Of a DNA stretch of 64,000 nucleotides, positions 11,601-19,933 are shown piece after piece. The notes under the pieces are model-generated. The model ran no database searches. It saw only the letters and a list, made by a program, of their open reading frames with translations, and was not told the origin of the DNA. The translations under genes and the position numbers were made by a program. The stretch is from a virus, in IMG/VR virus record IMGVR_UViG_3300025128_006599, positions 1 through 64,000 of that record. One strand, 5' to 3'. Within the stretch, counting starts at the first letter, position 1, and each line of letters opens with the position of its first letter.

Positions 11601-11783
11601 GGTAATGGTGGTTTAGGTGGGGCTTCTTCCCTATCGGGTGGCGGCGGAGGCGGCGGAGGCGGTGCAGGTGGCATTAATTTTATCGCAGCTAGAAATATTG
11701 TAATTGGTCACGCTAGTAGTAGAATAGGTGCATGGGGTGGTAATGGTGGTGCTGGTGGTGACGGCGTAGACGGTGGAGGTTAA
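5655..11783 (+). CDS. large virion structural protein (tail fibre/baseplate-associated) with Gly-rich C-terminus
   Basis: 2042 aa, S/G/T-rich; GxIGGF-type tail repeats (GGTIGGFTI, SGEIGGFGL, SGSIGGLEM); polyglycine tracts at the C-terminus. Confidence 0.7.
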   Translation: MPITKRFNELQGLADIDVYFEEEGLNSNFFNITEFPDPLQVGKNSFLIAGSEKLLNFTELQIDIVDSAGNSIYHEPVREYLEGNMRRISIEVYDTNAPGSGFLHIVGEAHTERVDVPNEWHGVYNVRYSRPISINTTQVNTQPIFFYKQPKIRAREITKAFIDELPASASYFITGSVTVTATTPGTPINPKEFDDDLDDKNPAVTFTGEDRPGKFLDTFKNKRENKRISINQPTVLALGRVSRRASPETPTHTITIQGLESSPENVQDKLTSAFVGGKLKIESPQVDESTYFIGSNSRITVDSTYVTRIQEVLNSTTIIPETPFVAEVHSSPQSDNKTGFKDPNFTDWEVWPNLQPTGKTIESLEPKDVQPPQPDTPHIDETGATWLWGEVTDPSRIPKEEEAGGNANIKYYGWNESGSISQEVANSTIRRETVSMLPNNNVTMSIVPTPEKKLTSTYLRSYADFSIINMRTFSGDIFRVKIYGKIRGGLTDFELLYDSPIESPEILIDPFSVDGFTNVGYFYTGSVISDYWASSSNSVINQNDDYLVDGVLMSGSNYEVDEEVEFFTTASYQLERNISYAVGFDSYYIKQPKKVTVTTGGSESTKIIDRAELKVFLSGSRAKDGTGDIGEDIYLGKVSIPDGPATDEGEQKGVYQIFKSAPKHFPSAQLKFVATAGQWVIKDVSIKPTEETNFSPDYFRTIVPLPFMHKRPAKMDFLVEFYDVDGKIADSFGFLENFRIVGAPQVIQGDNNLLSGSMYLGNLQGQGIEIHGGSAYLRSIGYEGFEATISSGSGGFMIFSGSLSGSRADGTQLLHTTESYEGVGLEMVDAHGSVDRYLRFRTSPSIFEVVTDTFFLGSSTQFLSGSNQQIEISSSNFHLQPDGDVVMQGTITAEAGGTIGGFTINSDNLAATDFVLNTTDKSLSMGSGNSIFLADADTGIQLGHATFASAPFSVTSEGAIKATSGEIGGFGLGGSTISSSNNNLILKDSGQITGSDVLFTGGRVANWDITGDTLSSVNASNKGIILDADNSTPIIEIREDDNNRVQIYHTTSTNWGLKGISNGDTIFRLGDTNRIAGFTFTNNIMSSSNLLINADDGEIRTSNFVTGTTGWRISAGTFSGVNANGTAEFENARIRGTLRTAVFEKETVNAVGGQLWVANSTVLSGSASATDTELFCDNVSGFVKDEIIFAKKVDGTGFTKEFMKVFSQSRSDVDSDNDFSGILHVTRSFGGTATGSAFSVVTTITEPITTKSETELTVQDESPSGLDLVHSTIRIDSEIMQVTGSVTNKLQVVRGTNGTAKATHSDNSNIEKVDPDVAFLMGLVSPAEAYKAGQVLVSTGRYLSGTGATSAGTGYMLLNANPGDATTPYMDFHERTGSGIYDTKLKTRIGDLGGLVNTRIGDELFKGNKTPGFGMVSENIFLKGAITATSGSIGGLEMTPDKIFVGGIGTYNNSATAFFVSSSGHFSLKDKISWDGSSTLTMNPTELSITTTGTNKIKIDSTGTPKIAMGATLPTAYNSGTGFFVDGTGKFLVGNSGGNKLQWDGSSVTVTGTINISNPSDIDISDINNDSGFTDDSTANSVNSNLAAHSASVNARTGSLDTLETRVVIDSDGMSLRDSGNTVLADYGTSIQLGRNGQARTEISDTAIDMYDGAVSPAKRVNINSSGVVTLGGDNGATDDAIVLSPTNGVTIYDSNTNKATITSDGLKIYAGHASNTTAEFGSDVYVGLQASEHVKITNASMEFIDGGTTHGSMTAGVWTIGQTANNLTRLQMATGSLDFIHRDGSGQDTHTLSMKPDGTIQGTDYLIEKTRLFGTGEFGSISISGTGTATATTGPNGITGVVNSGGLTTDLNGGHIFDRLGLTDIDGAVYRASNGRFWMIKDCYFNDLTLIGNSIFYTNGFRLFVSGTLTLGDGTGYGVIYNLGGTGTNGGDASGGSGGSAGAKGTGGMGAGSGYGTFGNYVSTPFTEANHKPTLRGGGAGGNGGLGGASSLSGGGGGGGGGAGGINFIAARNIVIGHASSRIGAWGGNGGAGGDGVDGGG

Positions 11784-11819
11784 TACATTATGAAATTTAT
11801 AACAATTAGGAGAATTTAA

Positions 11820-12374
11820 ATGGCAGTAGGAACAGCAGGAACTAACTATGGAGGAACTGGTGGTACTGCGGTTGCATCAATCTCAACAACAAGATTAGAT
11901 GTTATTGATCCACACTTAGTACAAACGTTGAGGGATACAATGGCTGGAGAAGATTTTGCAGCTAGATTAGGTGGTGGTCAAGGTGCCGCTGGTGGAGCTG
12001 GTGGTGGAGCTGGTGGAGATATAACCTCTCCTGCAGGTGTAGCTGGTACTTCGGCAACTGCTCACGGAAGGGCAATACCAAGAGGAACTCAGGCAATAGG
12101 AGCTGCTGGCGGTTCAGGTGGTGCTGGTAGTTATGGTGCTACTGGTGGAAACTCCGACCACGGCGGTGGAGGTGGAGGCGGTGGTGCTGGAAATGGTGGT
12201 GTTGTGGTTTTAATAACCACTACGGCTAGTAATGCCACAACTAAACTTGATACCAGTGTTGATGTAACTGCTGGTACTAAGGGAACCAAAGGTAGTAAAG
12301 GTGGTGGTAATGCAGCTAACGGGGCTGATGGTGGAACTGGAAACGTTGGAACTTATATACATATTCAAGTTTAA
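11820..12374 (+). CDS. glycine-rich putative fibre tip/adhesin
   Basis: GGGGGGGGAGNGG and other Gly tracts; AGGAG RBS at 11808; follows the fibre gene. Confidence 0.6.
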   Translation: MAVGTAGTNYGGTGGTAVASISTTRLDVIDPHLVQTLRDTMAGEDFAARLGGGQGAAGGAGGGAGGDITSPAGVAGTSATAHGRAIPRGTQAIGAAGGSGGAGSYGATGGNSDHGGGGGGGGAGNGGVVVLITTTASNATTKLDTSVDVTAGTKGTKGSKGGGNAANGADGGTGNVGTYIHIQV

Positions 12375-12403
12375 AAAATACTATATTTTGGTATTGAAAA
12401 AAT

Positions 12404-12412
12404 ATACTTATA
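12404..12412 (+). promoter_or_regulatory. putative late-promoter motif variant ATACTTATA
   Basis: One mismatch to the ATATTTATA motif found in other intergenic gaps. Confidence 0.3.
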
Positions 12413-12425
12413 TATAAGGTTTTAA

Positions 12426-13598
12426 ATGGAAATCATAACAAACATTATTTATATAAATGGGCCTGAAGTTCAAGTTTGGTTTAATGAAGAGGAAAAAGAA
12501 GAAAAAATCACAGTAGAATTTTGGGATAAAGATACTCCAAAGGTATTATACACACACGAAGATATATCAGAATCAGGTGGTTGGTGTTCACCGAATGCAA
12601 AGTATTTTGTGAATTGGAAAATAAAAATCTTTTATGGTGATGATTTAATTAAAGTTGAGGATTTTGATTTAAAAGATAAAAAGGTCATAATAGTTAATCA
12701 ATCAGAATGTCTTGGTGATTCATTGGCTTGGGTTCCATATATAGACGAATTTAGAAAAAAATACAAATGTGATGTTACATACTCAACGATACATAGACAA
12801 TTATTTTCTAATCAGTATAAAAAAATAAAATTTGTAACCTATACTGATAAAAATATTTCTGATGGAGATTTGGTTAAATTCGGATATGATGTGAAGTATG
12901 TTTTGGGTTGGTGGTTAGAGGAAGATGATTGTTTAAAACACATGAAAATAACTCGACCATTTGAATATCCTTTACAACAGGCACCGTGTCATATTTTAAA
13001 TTTACCATATAAGGAAATCAAACCTAAGATAAAACTTGGATACAAAAGACCAATTAAAGAAAAGTATGTTTGTATATCTACACAGGCAACAGGTAAATCA
13101 AAACTATGGAATAATCCTAATGGGTGGGAAGAGGTTGTGGATTATTTAACTCAACAAGGATATAAAGTTGTTGATATTGATAAAGAGAAAGAATATGGAG
13201 TACCTGATGATTTCAAACACATTGATAAAGATATAAATGTTATACCCAAAAACGCAATAGACGATACGGGTAATAAACCATTATCACGAAGAGTTAAATA
13301 TTTAGAACATTGTGAATTCTTTATTGGATTACCATCAGGATTGAGTTGGTTGGCTTGGGCATCTAATTGTAAGACAATTATGATTTCTGGTTTCTCAATG
13401 GATTATACCGAATTTAAACCTGATGTTAGAATACAAAATACTGATGTTTGTCACGGATGTTGGAACAAATACCCATTCGGTAGAGATGTTTGGGATTGGT
13501 GTCCTGAGTTTAAATTAACACCAAGAGAATTTGAATGTACTAAAAAAATTACATCAACTATGGTGATTGATGGAATTAAAAAATTATTAGAGAGTTAA
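12426..13598 (+). CDS. autotransporter-type protein O-heptosyltransferase (Aah/TibC, BAHT family, GT9-like)
   Basis: LGDSLAWVPY, FFIGLPSGLSWLAWA, ISGFS, four-Cys iron finger CHGCW...WCP...FECTKKIT. Confidence 0.85.
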   Translation: MEIITNIIYINGPEVQVWFNEEEKEEKITVEFWDKDTPKVLYTHEDISESGGWCSPNAKYFVNWKIKIFYGDDLIKVEDFDLKDKKVIIVNQSECLGDSLAWVPYIDEFRKKYKCDVTYSTIHRQLFSNQYKKIKFVTYTDKNISDGDLVKFGYDVKYVLGWWLEEDDCLKHMKITRPFEYPLQQAPCHILNLPYKEIKPKIKLGYKRPIKEKYVCISTQATGKSKLWNNPNGWEEVVDYLTQQGYKVVDIDKEKEYGVPDDFKHIDKDINVIPKNAIDDTGNKPLSRRVKYLEHCEFFIGLPSGLSWLAWASNCKTIMISGFSMDYTEFKPDVRIQNTDVCHGCWNKYPFGRDVWDWCPEFKLTPREFECTKKITSTMVIDGIKKLLES

Positions 13599-13600
13599 AT

Positions 13601-14473
13601 ATGAAATTTGATACTGAATTGACTATGAGTAAACCTTTTGGGCCGTGGATGTTAAAAGGAAAATTACCGAAAGAAATTTTGGATAAAATGATAAGAATCA
13701 CGGATAAGATAACTGATGATGTTAAAAAAATAAGTGCAGGCCCAGGACTTGTAGGAATCATAGATGATGAGCCATGGATTCCACCAGAGATATTGAAGGA
13801 TGAGGGAGTATTTGAATTTTTTACTGACTTGGGTAGTTACTTCATAAGAGAAAGTATGGATAGGATTAAACTTCAAGACGATAGAGCAGAGGTCATTTTT
13901 AGTGGTGGATATGGCACACCCTCAACTAAAAAAACACCTGTTCAAGGAGATGAATCTACTGAGGTACGTCCGAACTTAAAAATAGAACTTGACTCAATGT
14001 GGATTGTGAATCAAAAACAACACGAATATAATCCAGCCCATCTACATACTAATGCAACAGTTTCTTCGGTTATGTATTTAAAGATACCTGAAGTGATGAG
14101 AAAAAGAAACATAGTTGGTAAACAAGAAACGGATGGTCGGATAGAATTCATATATGGTGCAAGTGGTGAGGTGTGGAAAACTTTTGATCCGGGTACAATG
14201 TCTGTTTTACCTGAAGTTGGGGATATATTTATGTGGCCTTCTGATTTGTTACATACGGTTTATCCATTTATTGGTGAGGGTATACGGAGGTCAGTTTCAT
14301 ATAATTTAAGACATGAATTTTTACCACCAAATGGTACTCATCATATAAAACCTGGTGAGGAGACTATAACTCACCAGAAAGAGGAAAAAATAATTTCATT
14401 GGAACAGGCCAGATTACAAACCAAAGTTGAGTTGTTGGAGGATAAGTTAAACAAATTACAGGATAAAAAATAA
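13601..14473 (+). CDS. 2OG-Fe(II) oxygenase-like (cupin fold) protein
   Basis: WIVNQ...EYNPAHLH, SSVMYL, PEVGDIFMWPSDLLHTVYPF...RRSVSYN. Confidence 0.75.
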   Translation: MKFDTELTMSKPFGPWMLKGKLPKEILDKMIRITDKITDDVKKISAGPGLVGIIDDEPWIPPEILKDEGVFEFFTDLGSYFIRESMDRIKLQDDRAEVIFSGGYGTPSTKKTPVQGDESTEVRPNLKIELDSMWIVNQKQHEYNPAHLHTNATVSSVMYLKIPEVMRKRNIVGKQETDGRIEFIYGASGEVWKTFDPGTMSVLPEVGDIFMWPSDLLHTVYPFIGEGIRRSVSYNLRHEFLPPNGTHHIKPGEETITHQKEEKIISLEQARLQTKVELLEDKLNKLQDKK

Positions 14474-15537
14474 TGAGGGTAATCAACAATAGAATTGATG
14501 GTAAGATTTATGATGCGTATTATTCCACTGGTGGTGGAACATTAGTTGGTGGTGGAAGTGATGTTTGGGTGAATCATTGGATAAAAGAAATTTCACCACA
14601 TTTAGAAGTACAACCGGTATTATTGATTCATCGTGTCAGACCAACCGATACAACTATTGAAGAACAAGATAAATTATTTAAAGAACTTAATCCTAATTTA
14701 AAGGTTCTTTGGCAAGGTGATGATATACATTATTTTGGTAGTGTGTTGAAGAGTGCTCGTAGAATAAATATTCTACATGGATATTATGCACCACATAAAT
14801 ATATTACTGATAACAAGGATAAGATACATAGTACTGCTGTTCATTGTAATGTGAATAAAAATCTAAAAGCTAACGTAAAATTAGGACTTGAACATTCAAG
14901 ACATTTTTACATGGATCCTCGTTGGGAAGATGAAATTGTAAAATTATCAAAATATCCTTTTTGGATTGGTATTGATTCACCCGATTTAGAAAATCATCAT
15001 GACCATTTATTACACATTCCAAATTTTTATGAATTTAAACATAATTTAGATGTAACCGATAATAATAAAGTTGGATTTGCCTCAAGAATGGAGACACGAA
15101 AATGTCCACATTATTTACAACGAATACCAAGTGTTTTATGTACCGAATCTAAGGATGTACATTGGTGGGTAAAAAATTTAAATTGTGATATTAGAGGTTG
15201 GAAAATTTATAAATTTAATTACAAGATGTTGGATAAGTTTTATAGATTAGATTGGGGAATATCACATTCAGCTCATATCTACGAACCATTTGGTTATAGT
15301 ATATTTCAGGCATTAGATTATGGTAAAATGCCAATTTTATCAAGAGATTGGTATACAGATATTGATTATCCTTATAGAGCTTTTGGAATGCATGAATTTT
15401 ATCATGAGTGGAAAAGGGTATGTGAATTGTCTGTAGAGGCACGTAGAGAATGGGTTTTCTTATTAAGGGAATATTTTAAAAAGTATGATGATAAAAAAAG
15501 ATGGACAGAACAATTGTTAGAAATATACAATAAGTGA
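14473..15537 (+). CDS. GT-B fold glycosyltransferase-like protein
   Basis: GGGSD N-terminal loop, GFASR..RK, YEPFGYSIFQALDYG (GT4-like). Confidence 0.6.
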   Translation: MRVINNRIDGKIYDAYYSTGGGTLVGGGSDVWVNHWIKEISPHLEVQPVLLIHRVRPTDTTIEEQDKLFKELNPNLKVLWQGDDIHYFGSVLKSARRINILHGYYAPHKYITDNKDKIHSTAVHCNVNKNLKANVKLGLEHSRHFYMDPRWEDEIVKLSKYPFWIGIDSPDLENHHDHLLHIPNFYEFKHNLDVTDNNKVGFASRMETRKCPHYLQRIPSVLCTESKDVHWWVKNLNCDIRGWKIYKFNYKMLDKFYRLDWGISHSAHIYEPFGYSIFQALDYGKMPILSRDWYTDIDYPYRAFGMHEFYHEWKRVCELSVEARREWVFLLREYFKKYDDKKRWTEQLLEIYNK

Positions 15538-15545
15538 TATTTATT
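15537..15545 (+). promoter_or_regulatory. putative late-promoter motif ATATTTAT
   Basis: About 24 nt upstream of the 15569 start. Confidence 0.45.
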
Positions 15546-15568
15546 ATTGAAATATAACGGAGAAAAAA

Positions 15569-16633
15569 TTGGCAACAACAGCAAATCAAAATTTAAGTTT
15601 GGGAAAGTTACAAAGAGCAATTAGTTCATCTCATGGAGATTATACAAGTGAATATAAATTATCACTTGCTAATGCTGGTGCTGAAGTACAAATGAGTGAT
15701 TTTTCAATTAGTAGTTGTGGAAGTGCTTTGGGTGGATATGAATATCTGTGGGAACAAACTAAAGAGGGATACTTTATTGATATTCAAAATGCAGGAGACC
15801 TTTGGATTTCCGCGATTGGTTCCAATAATGACCATTTTACTTGGGACAATGGTTTAGCAGCAAACTCAGTATTATCTGCACCAGACCTACACGGATATTC
15901 TGCATCATTCTCATCATCTGCAATTTCAAATGCACGTACGGGTGATGGTAGTGAAAACCCATTTCCTGCTGGTTCAAATAATTTTTTAGCTGTGATTACT
16001 GGATCTTATGCTGATGATAAACAATCAGATGGATATAATGACCACGCAACAAACTATAATACTGATCTTTTCAAAAGTATTACGATTGTAGATAGTTATG
16101 GTGGTTCACCAACTTGTTTATTAGAGGGAACACCTATTGATATGGCAGATGGAACTACAAAAAATGTAGAGGATTTACAAATTGGTGATTGGATATTATC
16201 AATGAACATGCCAGGTCAGTTAGATGAAGATGAACGAAATTGGCAAAAATGTAGATTTCCTGACTCTGATGATTTCACACAACATTCAGCAAGTGTTCAA
16301 GATATTAACTTCGATTTTTCTTATAATTATTGGAATATAAATAACGGACAAGAGTTAATTACTGGTGAACATGAAATGTTATATAGACCACCACTAGCCT
16401 CAGGTGATTATGCATATGAACAACAATGGGGATGGTTGTACGTACCCAATATGTTGGTTGGTGGTAGTTTAATGGATAAAAATGGAAATGCTGTAGAAAT
16501 AACCTCGTTAGAAAATATAGTAGACCAAGATGAGGGATTTGAAGTAGTGCAAATTGATGTTGAACCATTGGATGTGTATTTTGGTAAAACATTCTTAGTA
16601 CATAACAAAGGAAGTGACGACGATCCATTCTAA
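15569..16633 (+). CDS. structural-type protein with C-terminal Hint (BIL-like) autoprocessing domain
   Basis: C183-LLEGTPIDMADG block A, ITGEH block B, terminal LVHN followed by KGSDDDPF; TTG start with GGAG RBS. Confidence 0.85.
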   Translation: MATTANQNLSLGKLQRAISSSHGDYTSEYKLSLANAGAEVQMSDFSISSCGSALGGYEYLWEQTKEGYFIDIQNAGDLWISAIGSNNDHFTWDNGLAANSVLSAPDLHGYSASFSSSAISNARTGDGSENPFPAGSNNFLAVITGSYADDKQSDGYNDHATNYNTDLFKSITIVDSYGGSPTCLLEGTPIDMADGTTKNVEDLQIGDWILSMNMPGQLDEDERNWQKCRFPDSDDFTQHSASVQDINFDFSYNYWNINNGQELITGEHEMLYRPPLASGDYAYEQQWGWLYVPNMLVGGSLMDKNGNAVEITSLENIVDQDEGFEVVQIDVEPLDVYFGKTFLVHNKGSDDDPF

Positions 16634-16684
16634 TAAAAATAATTTTAAAGGTTTTAAATATCTTTTACTTAAAGGACAAACAGT

Positions 16685-17404
16685 ATGATTTGGTTATCAC
16701 GTGTTCATAAACATACAGAATTAAAAGAATATATATTAGATTATATAGAAACTACTGAAAATAAAGATATAGATTTTGAAAAAGTTTCCGTATCTGATTA
16801 TCATTCACAAAATCCTTATGATCAAGAACAAAAAGCATTAGAAAAGAAGGCTTGGTTAAGTCAAAAAAACGAACCTTCTTGTGAAAATGATCCTGATAAG
16901 TGGGAACCAGATTGGGGTAGATTATCTCAAAGATATGCAAATATAAATGATGAGGAAAATAATCTACATCTTGGGCCAATCCCATTTAAAAATCCACCAC
17001 CATATCAAGATAAAGTTGTTAAAGCTATACACGAAAATCTTTATATTGCATTAGAGGGTATGAAATGTTTTGAATATAAGATTAGTAATATGTGGTTTCA
17101 TCAATATAATAAAGAAAGTTTTTTTGATTGGCACACACATCCACAATCAAATTATTCTGCAGTTTATTTTGTTGAATTACCATCAGATGAACTTGCTACT
17201 GAGATATATGGTGTAAAAAAATTAAAACCACGTGAGGGTGATTTATTAGTTTTTCCTGGTTTTTTACCTCATAGGTCACCAGTCAATAATACTGATTCTC
17301 GTAAAACCATAATATCTATGAATTTTGATGTTAATTGTTCTCCTACTGATTTTCCTGATTGGAAAGAGAGAAAAAATAAAATGATAGAAGAACGTTTAAA
17401 ATAA
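16685..17404 (+). CDS. 2OG-Fe(II) oxygenase-like protein
   Basis: WFHQY...WHTH, YSAVYF, EGDLLVFPGFLPHRS...KTIISMN. Confidence 0.75.
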   Translation: MIWLSRVHKHTELKEYILDYIETTENKDIDFEKVSVSDYHSQNPYDQEQKALEKKAWLSQKNEPSCENDPDKWEPDWGRLSQRYANINDEENNLHLGPIPFKNPPPYQDKVVKAIHENLYIALEGMKCFEYKISNMWFHQYNKESFFDWHTHPQSNYSAVYFVELPSDELATEIYGVKKLKPREGDLLVFPGFLPHRSPVNNTDSRKTIISMNFDVNCSPTDFPDWKERKNKMIEERLK

Positions 17405-17407
17405 AAA

Positions 17408-18124
17408 ATGAGTATTTTAAATTATGATTATATAAAAACTCACATAACTACGAATAATGGAGAAGAAGTTCCTTATCGATGGTCTCATGGTGCAAGTGAT
17501 ATGCATCTTGGTGATGGATTAATAATCTACACACTAATAAATTTCTTTAGATTCAAATCATTAGTATGTTTAGGAAGTGGTGGTGGATTCATACCAAGAA
17601 TAATGACACAAGCTCGATATGATTTATCTGAACAAGGATTTTATAGTGATGTATGTATGGAGTGGGGAGATAATGGAAGTACTTATCTTGTAGATGCTGT
17701 AAATGGTTTTAATGGTGAGGTAGATTGGGAAGATAAAGAAAGTTTACTTCGTAGACATTTTCATCCAAAGTTTATAAAAGATACTACAGAAAATGCTTAC
17801 TACAATTTTTTTGTTAAACAAGATATAAAAATAGATTTACTACATATAGATGCAGACCATACTTTTGAGGGTGTAAAAAAAGACTTTGATTTGTATTCAA
17901 AGATTATGAACAAAGGTGGTATTATCACTATACACGATACAGATAAAAATTATGTGGATAATTTTGTAGAAATAGACGGACACGAGGGAGATGATTTAAC
18001 TGGCCCGAGTGAATTTATTAAAACAATAGATAAAAGAAAGTTTGAAGTTTTGAACTTCTTTAATCATGGGATTAGAAAAGATAAACCAAGTTCAACAGGC
18101 TTAACAATTATAAGAAAAAAATGA
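17408..18124 (+). CDS. class I SAM-dependent methyltransferase (Methyltransf_24-like)
   Basis: VCLGSGGG motif I, IDLLHIDADHTFEGVKKDF, GGIITIHD. Confidence 0.8.
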   Translation: MSILNYDYIKTHITTNNGEEVPYRWSHGASDMHLGDGLIIYTLINFFRFKSLVCLGSGGGFIPRIMTQARYDLSEQGFYSDVCMEWGDNGSTYLVDAVNGFNGEVDWEDKESLLRRHFHPKFIKDTTENAYYNFFVKQDIKIDLLHIDADHTFEGVKKDFDLYSKIMNKGGIITIHDTDKNYVDNFVEIDGHEGDDLTGPSEFIKTIDKRKFEVLNFFNHGIRKDKPSSTGLTIIRKK

Positions 18125-18960
18125 ATTTAGTTACGGTATGTGGTCACAATACCACAATGTTATACCATATGTTACGACATTATTATCCATATGTCAAGGA
18201 TTTTTTTGTAATAATTTATGCACACCATAAAAATGATCCTGTTATAGAGGAGGCAACTTCTATATTGGATAAACTTAATTTAAAACCACATAAGATTGCA
18301 ATAGAAGAACCATTTAATTGGAATCGTGTAACAGAACTTTACAATGAAACTAAAAGATTAAAACCAGATGAATGGTGGATAGTGGCGGATGATGATGAAT
18401 TACAATTATATTTAAAACCAATTCAAGATATAGTTTATGAGTGTGAGGATAGTGGTTGGGAATTTGTAACAGGAGGTTTTATAGATAGAATAGGTGAAAA
18501 TGGAACATTTCCCAAGATAAATGATGATAGTGATATTTGGAAAGAGATGCCAAATGCTGGGTTTTTTCGATATCCATTAAGTTTAGCAAATCCAAATAAA
18601 GTTACTTTAATGAAAGGTAGTGTAGATGTTGTATCTGGTCAACATTATGTAGATTTTGGTGATGGAAAAAACTCTTGGGGAACATCCCATCCAAAAAGAT
18701 ATCCGATTGAAAAGAACTTTACACAAGTTCATCACTTTAAATGGGACTATTCGGTATTACAAAGACTTAAAGAGGTTAGTAAGTCTAACTTGATAGAGTC
18801 ATTTTCAGAAGAATATAAAAAAATGTTGTCTGCAATTGAATACTTGGACTATAAAATGGATTTGGGTGAAAGGGAATATATGTTTCAAAGAGTAGATAAA
18901 CCAAACTATAATTCTTATAGGTATTGGGATAGATTAAGAAAGATAATAACGGAAATTTGA
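18121..18960 (+). CDS. GT-A/GT2-like glycosyltransferase
   Basis: WWIVADDDE DxD motif, GQH and VHHFKW motifs. Confidence 0.65.
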   Translation: MNLVTVCGHNTTMLYHMLRHYYPYVKDFFVIIYAHHKNDPVIEEATSILDKLNLKPHKIAIEEPFNWNRVTELYNETKRLKPDEWWIVADDDELQLYLKPIQDIVYECEDSGWEFVTGGFIDRIGENGTFPKINDDSDIWKEMPNAGFFRYPLSLANPNKVTLMKGSVDVVSGQHYVDFGDGKNSWGTSHPKRYPIEKNFTQVHHFKWDYSVLQRLKEVSKSNLIESFSEEYKKMLSAIEYLDYKMDLGEREYMFQRVDKPNYNSYRYWDRLRKIITEI

Positions 18961-18961
18961 T

Positions 18962-19933
18962 ATGAGATTTGAAAGTGTGGGTACAGAATCAGTTCGTATT
19001 GGTATGAACAATAAAATGGGTTCAACATCTATTAAGTCATTAGATGGTTTAAAAACTTTTGAAACTTTTGACAAGGATAAAATTACGATAGTTTTATTGA
19101 GAAACACATACGACAAGTTTAAAAGTGGTTATTTACAAGAATTAAATGGATTCTTTACCTTTGAACCACCACCATTAACTAATTATTTATTAAATTCAGA
19201 ATCAATAGATGATAAAATATCTACTTCGGATAAATCTGTTGAAGAGATACTAAAAAATTTATATGGTGGTAATGCATCATACGAAAATTTACAAATGTTT
19301 GGATTTACAACAAACCCTAATATGACAAAATTTTGGAATAAATTTTCTAAAGGATATTATAAAACATTTATACATGATGATGATGTTACTCGTGATGGTA
19401 TAGATATTATTGCTAACCTACATGATATTAATAAAAACATCGGTTGGATGTATTATAATCATGGGATATTTTGGAAGTGGAATAACTTTAATGATATTTC
19501 GTTGTTTGAATTAGGACAGCTTCCAAACGTGTATTTTTTAGAATTAAAAGATTTAAGTAATCCAAAGTTTTTAGAGTGGTTAAAAAGTAAAGACGGTGAT
19601 TGGGAAATAGTACAGGAAATTCCACATAAAAATGTAAAGTCAAATACTATTTTAGAAAAACAATTAAATGTATTTTGGAAAGAATATTATAGTGATGATA
19701 TCTTACCAGGTAGAAAATTATTTAACCCATTGAGTGAATCCAACTTTTCTTTTAATACATTTACAAATCCTAAACGAGTTTTAGGTGGTGATATTGATGC
19801 ACATTCATTTCTTTTACATACCATACCAGTAAAAAACTTTACACCAATCAATATGTTAAAGTTTATATTGAACTCACAACAAAAAGAAGTGGATTACATA
19901 CGAAAATTTAATAAAAGATATATAACATTATGA
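18962..19933 (+). CDS. divergent sulfotransferase-like protein
   Basis: NKMGSTSI (5'-PSB-like) and LRNTYDKFKSG (3'-PB-like); paralogue of 40727. Confidence 0.45.
   Translation: MRFESVGTESVRIGMNNKMGSTSIKSLDGLKTFETFDKDKITIVLLRNTYDKFKSGYLQELNGFFTFEPPPLTNYLLNSESIDDKISTSDKSVEEILKNLYGGNASYENLQMFGFTTNPNMTKFWNKFSKGYYKTFIHDDDVTRDGIDIIANLHDINKNIGWMYYNHGIFWKWNNFNDISLFELGQLPNVYFLELKDLSNPKFLEWLKSKDGDWEIVQEIPHKNVKSNTILEKQLNVFWKEYYSDDILPGRKLFNPLSESNFSFNTFTNPKRVLGGDIDAHSFLLHTIPVKNFTPINMLKFILNSQQKEVDYIRKFNKRYITL

Noticed and set aside
11781-11822. Stop-codon readthrough joining the fibre and Gly-rich genes (same frame)
   Set aside because: Two in-frame TAA stops (11781 and 11817) and a dedicated AGGAG RBS indicate a separate gene
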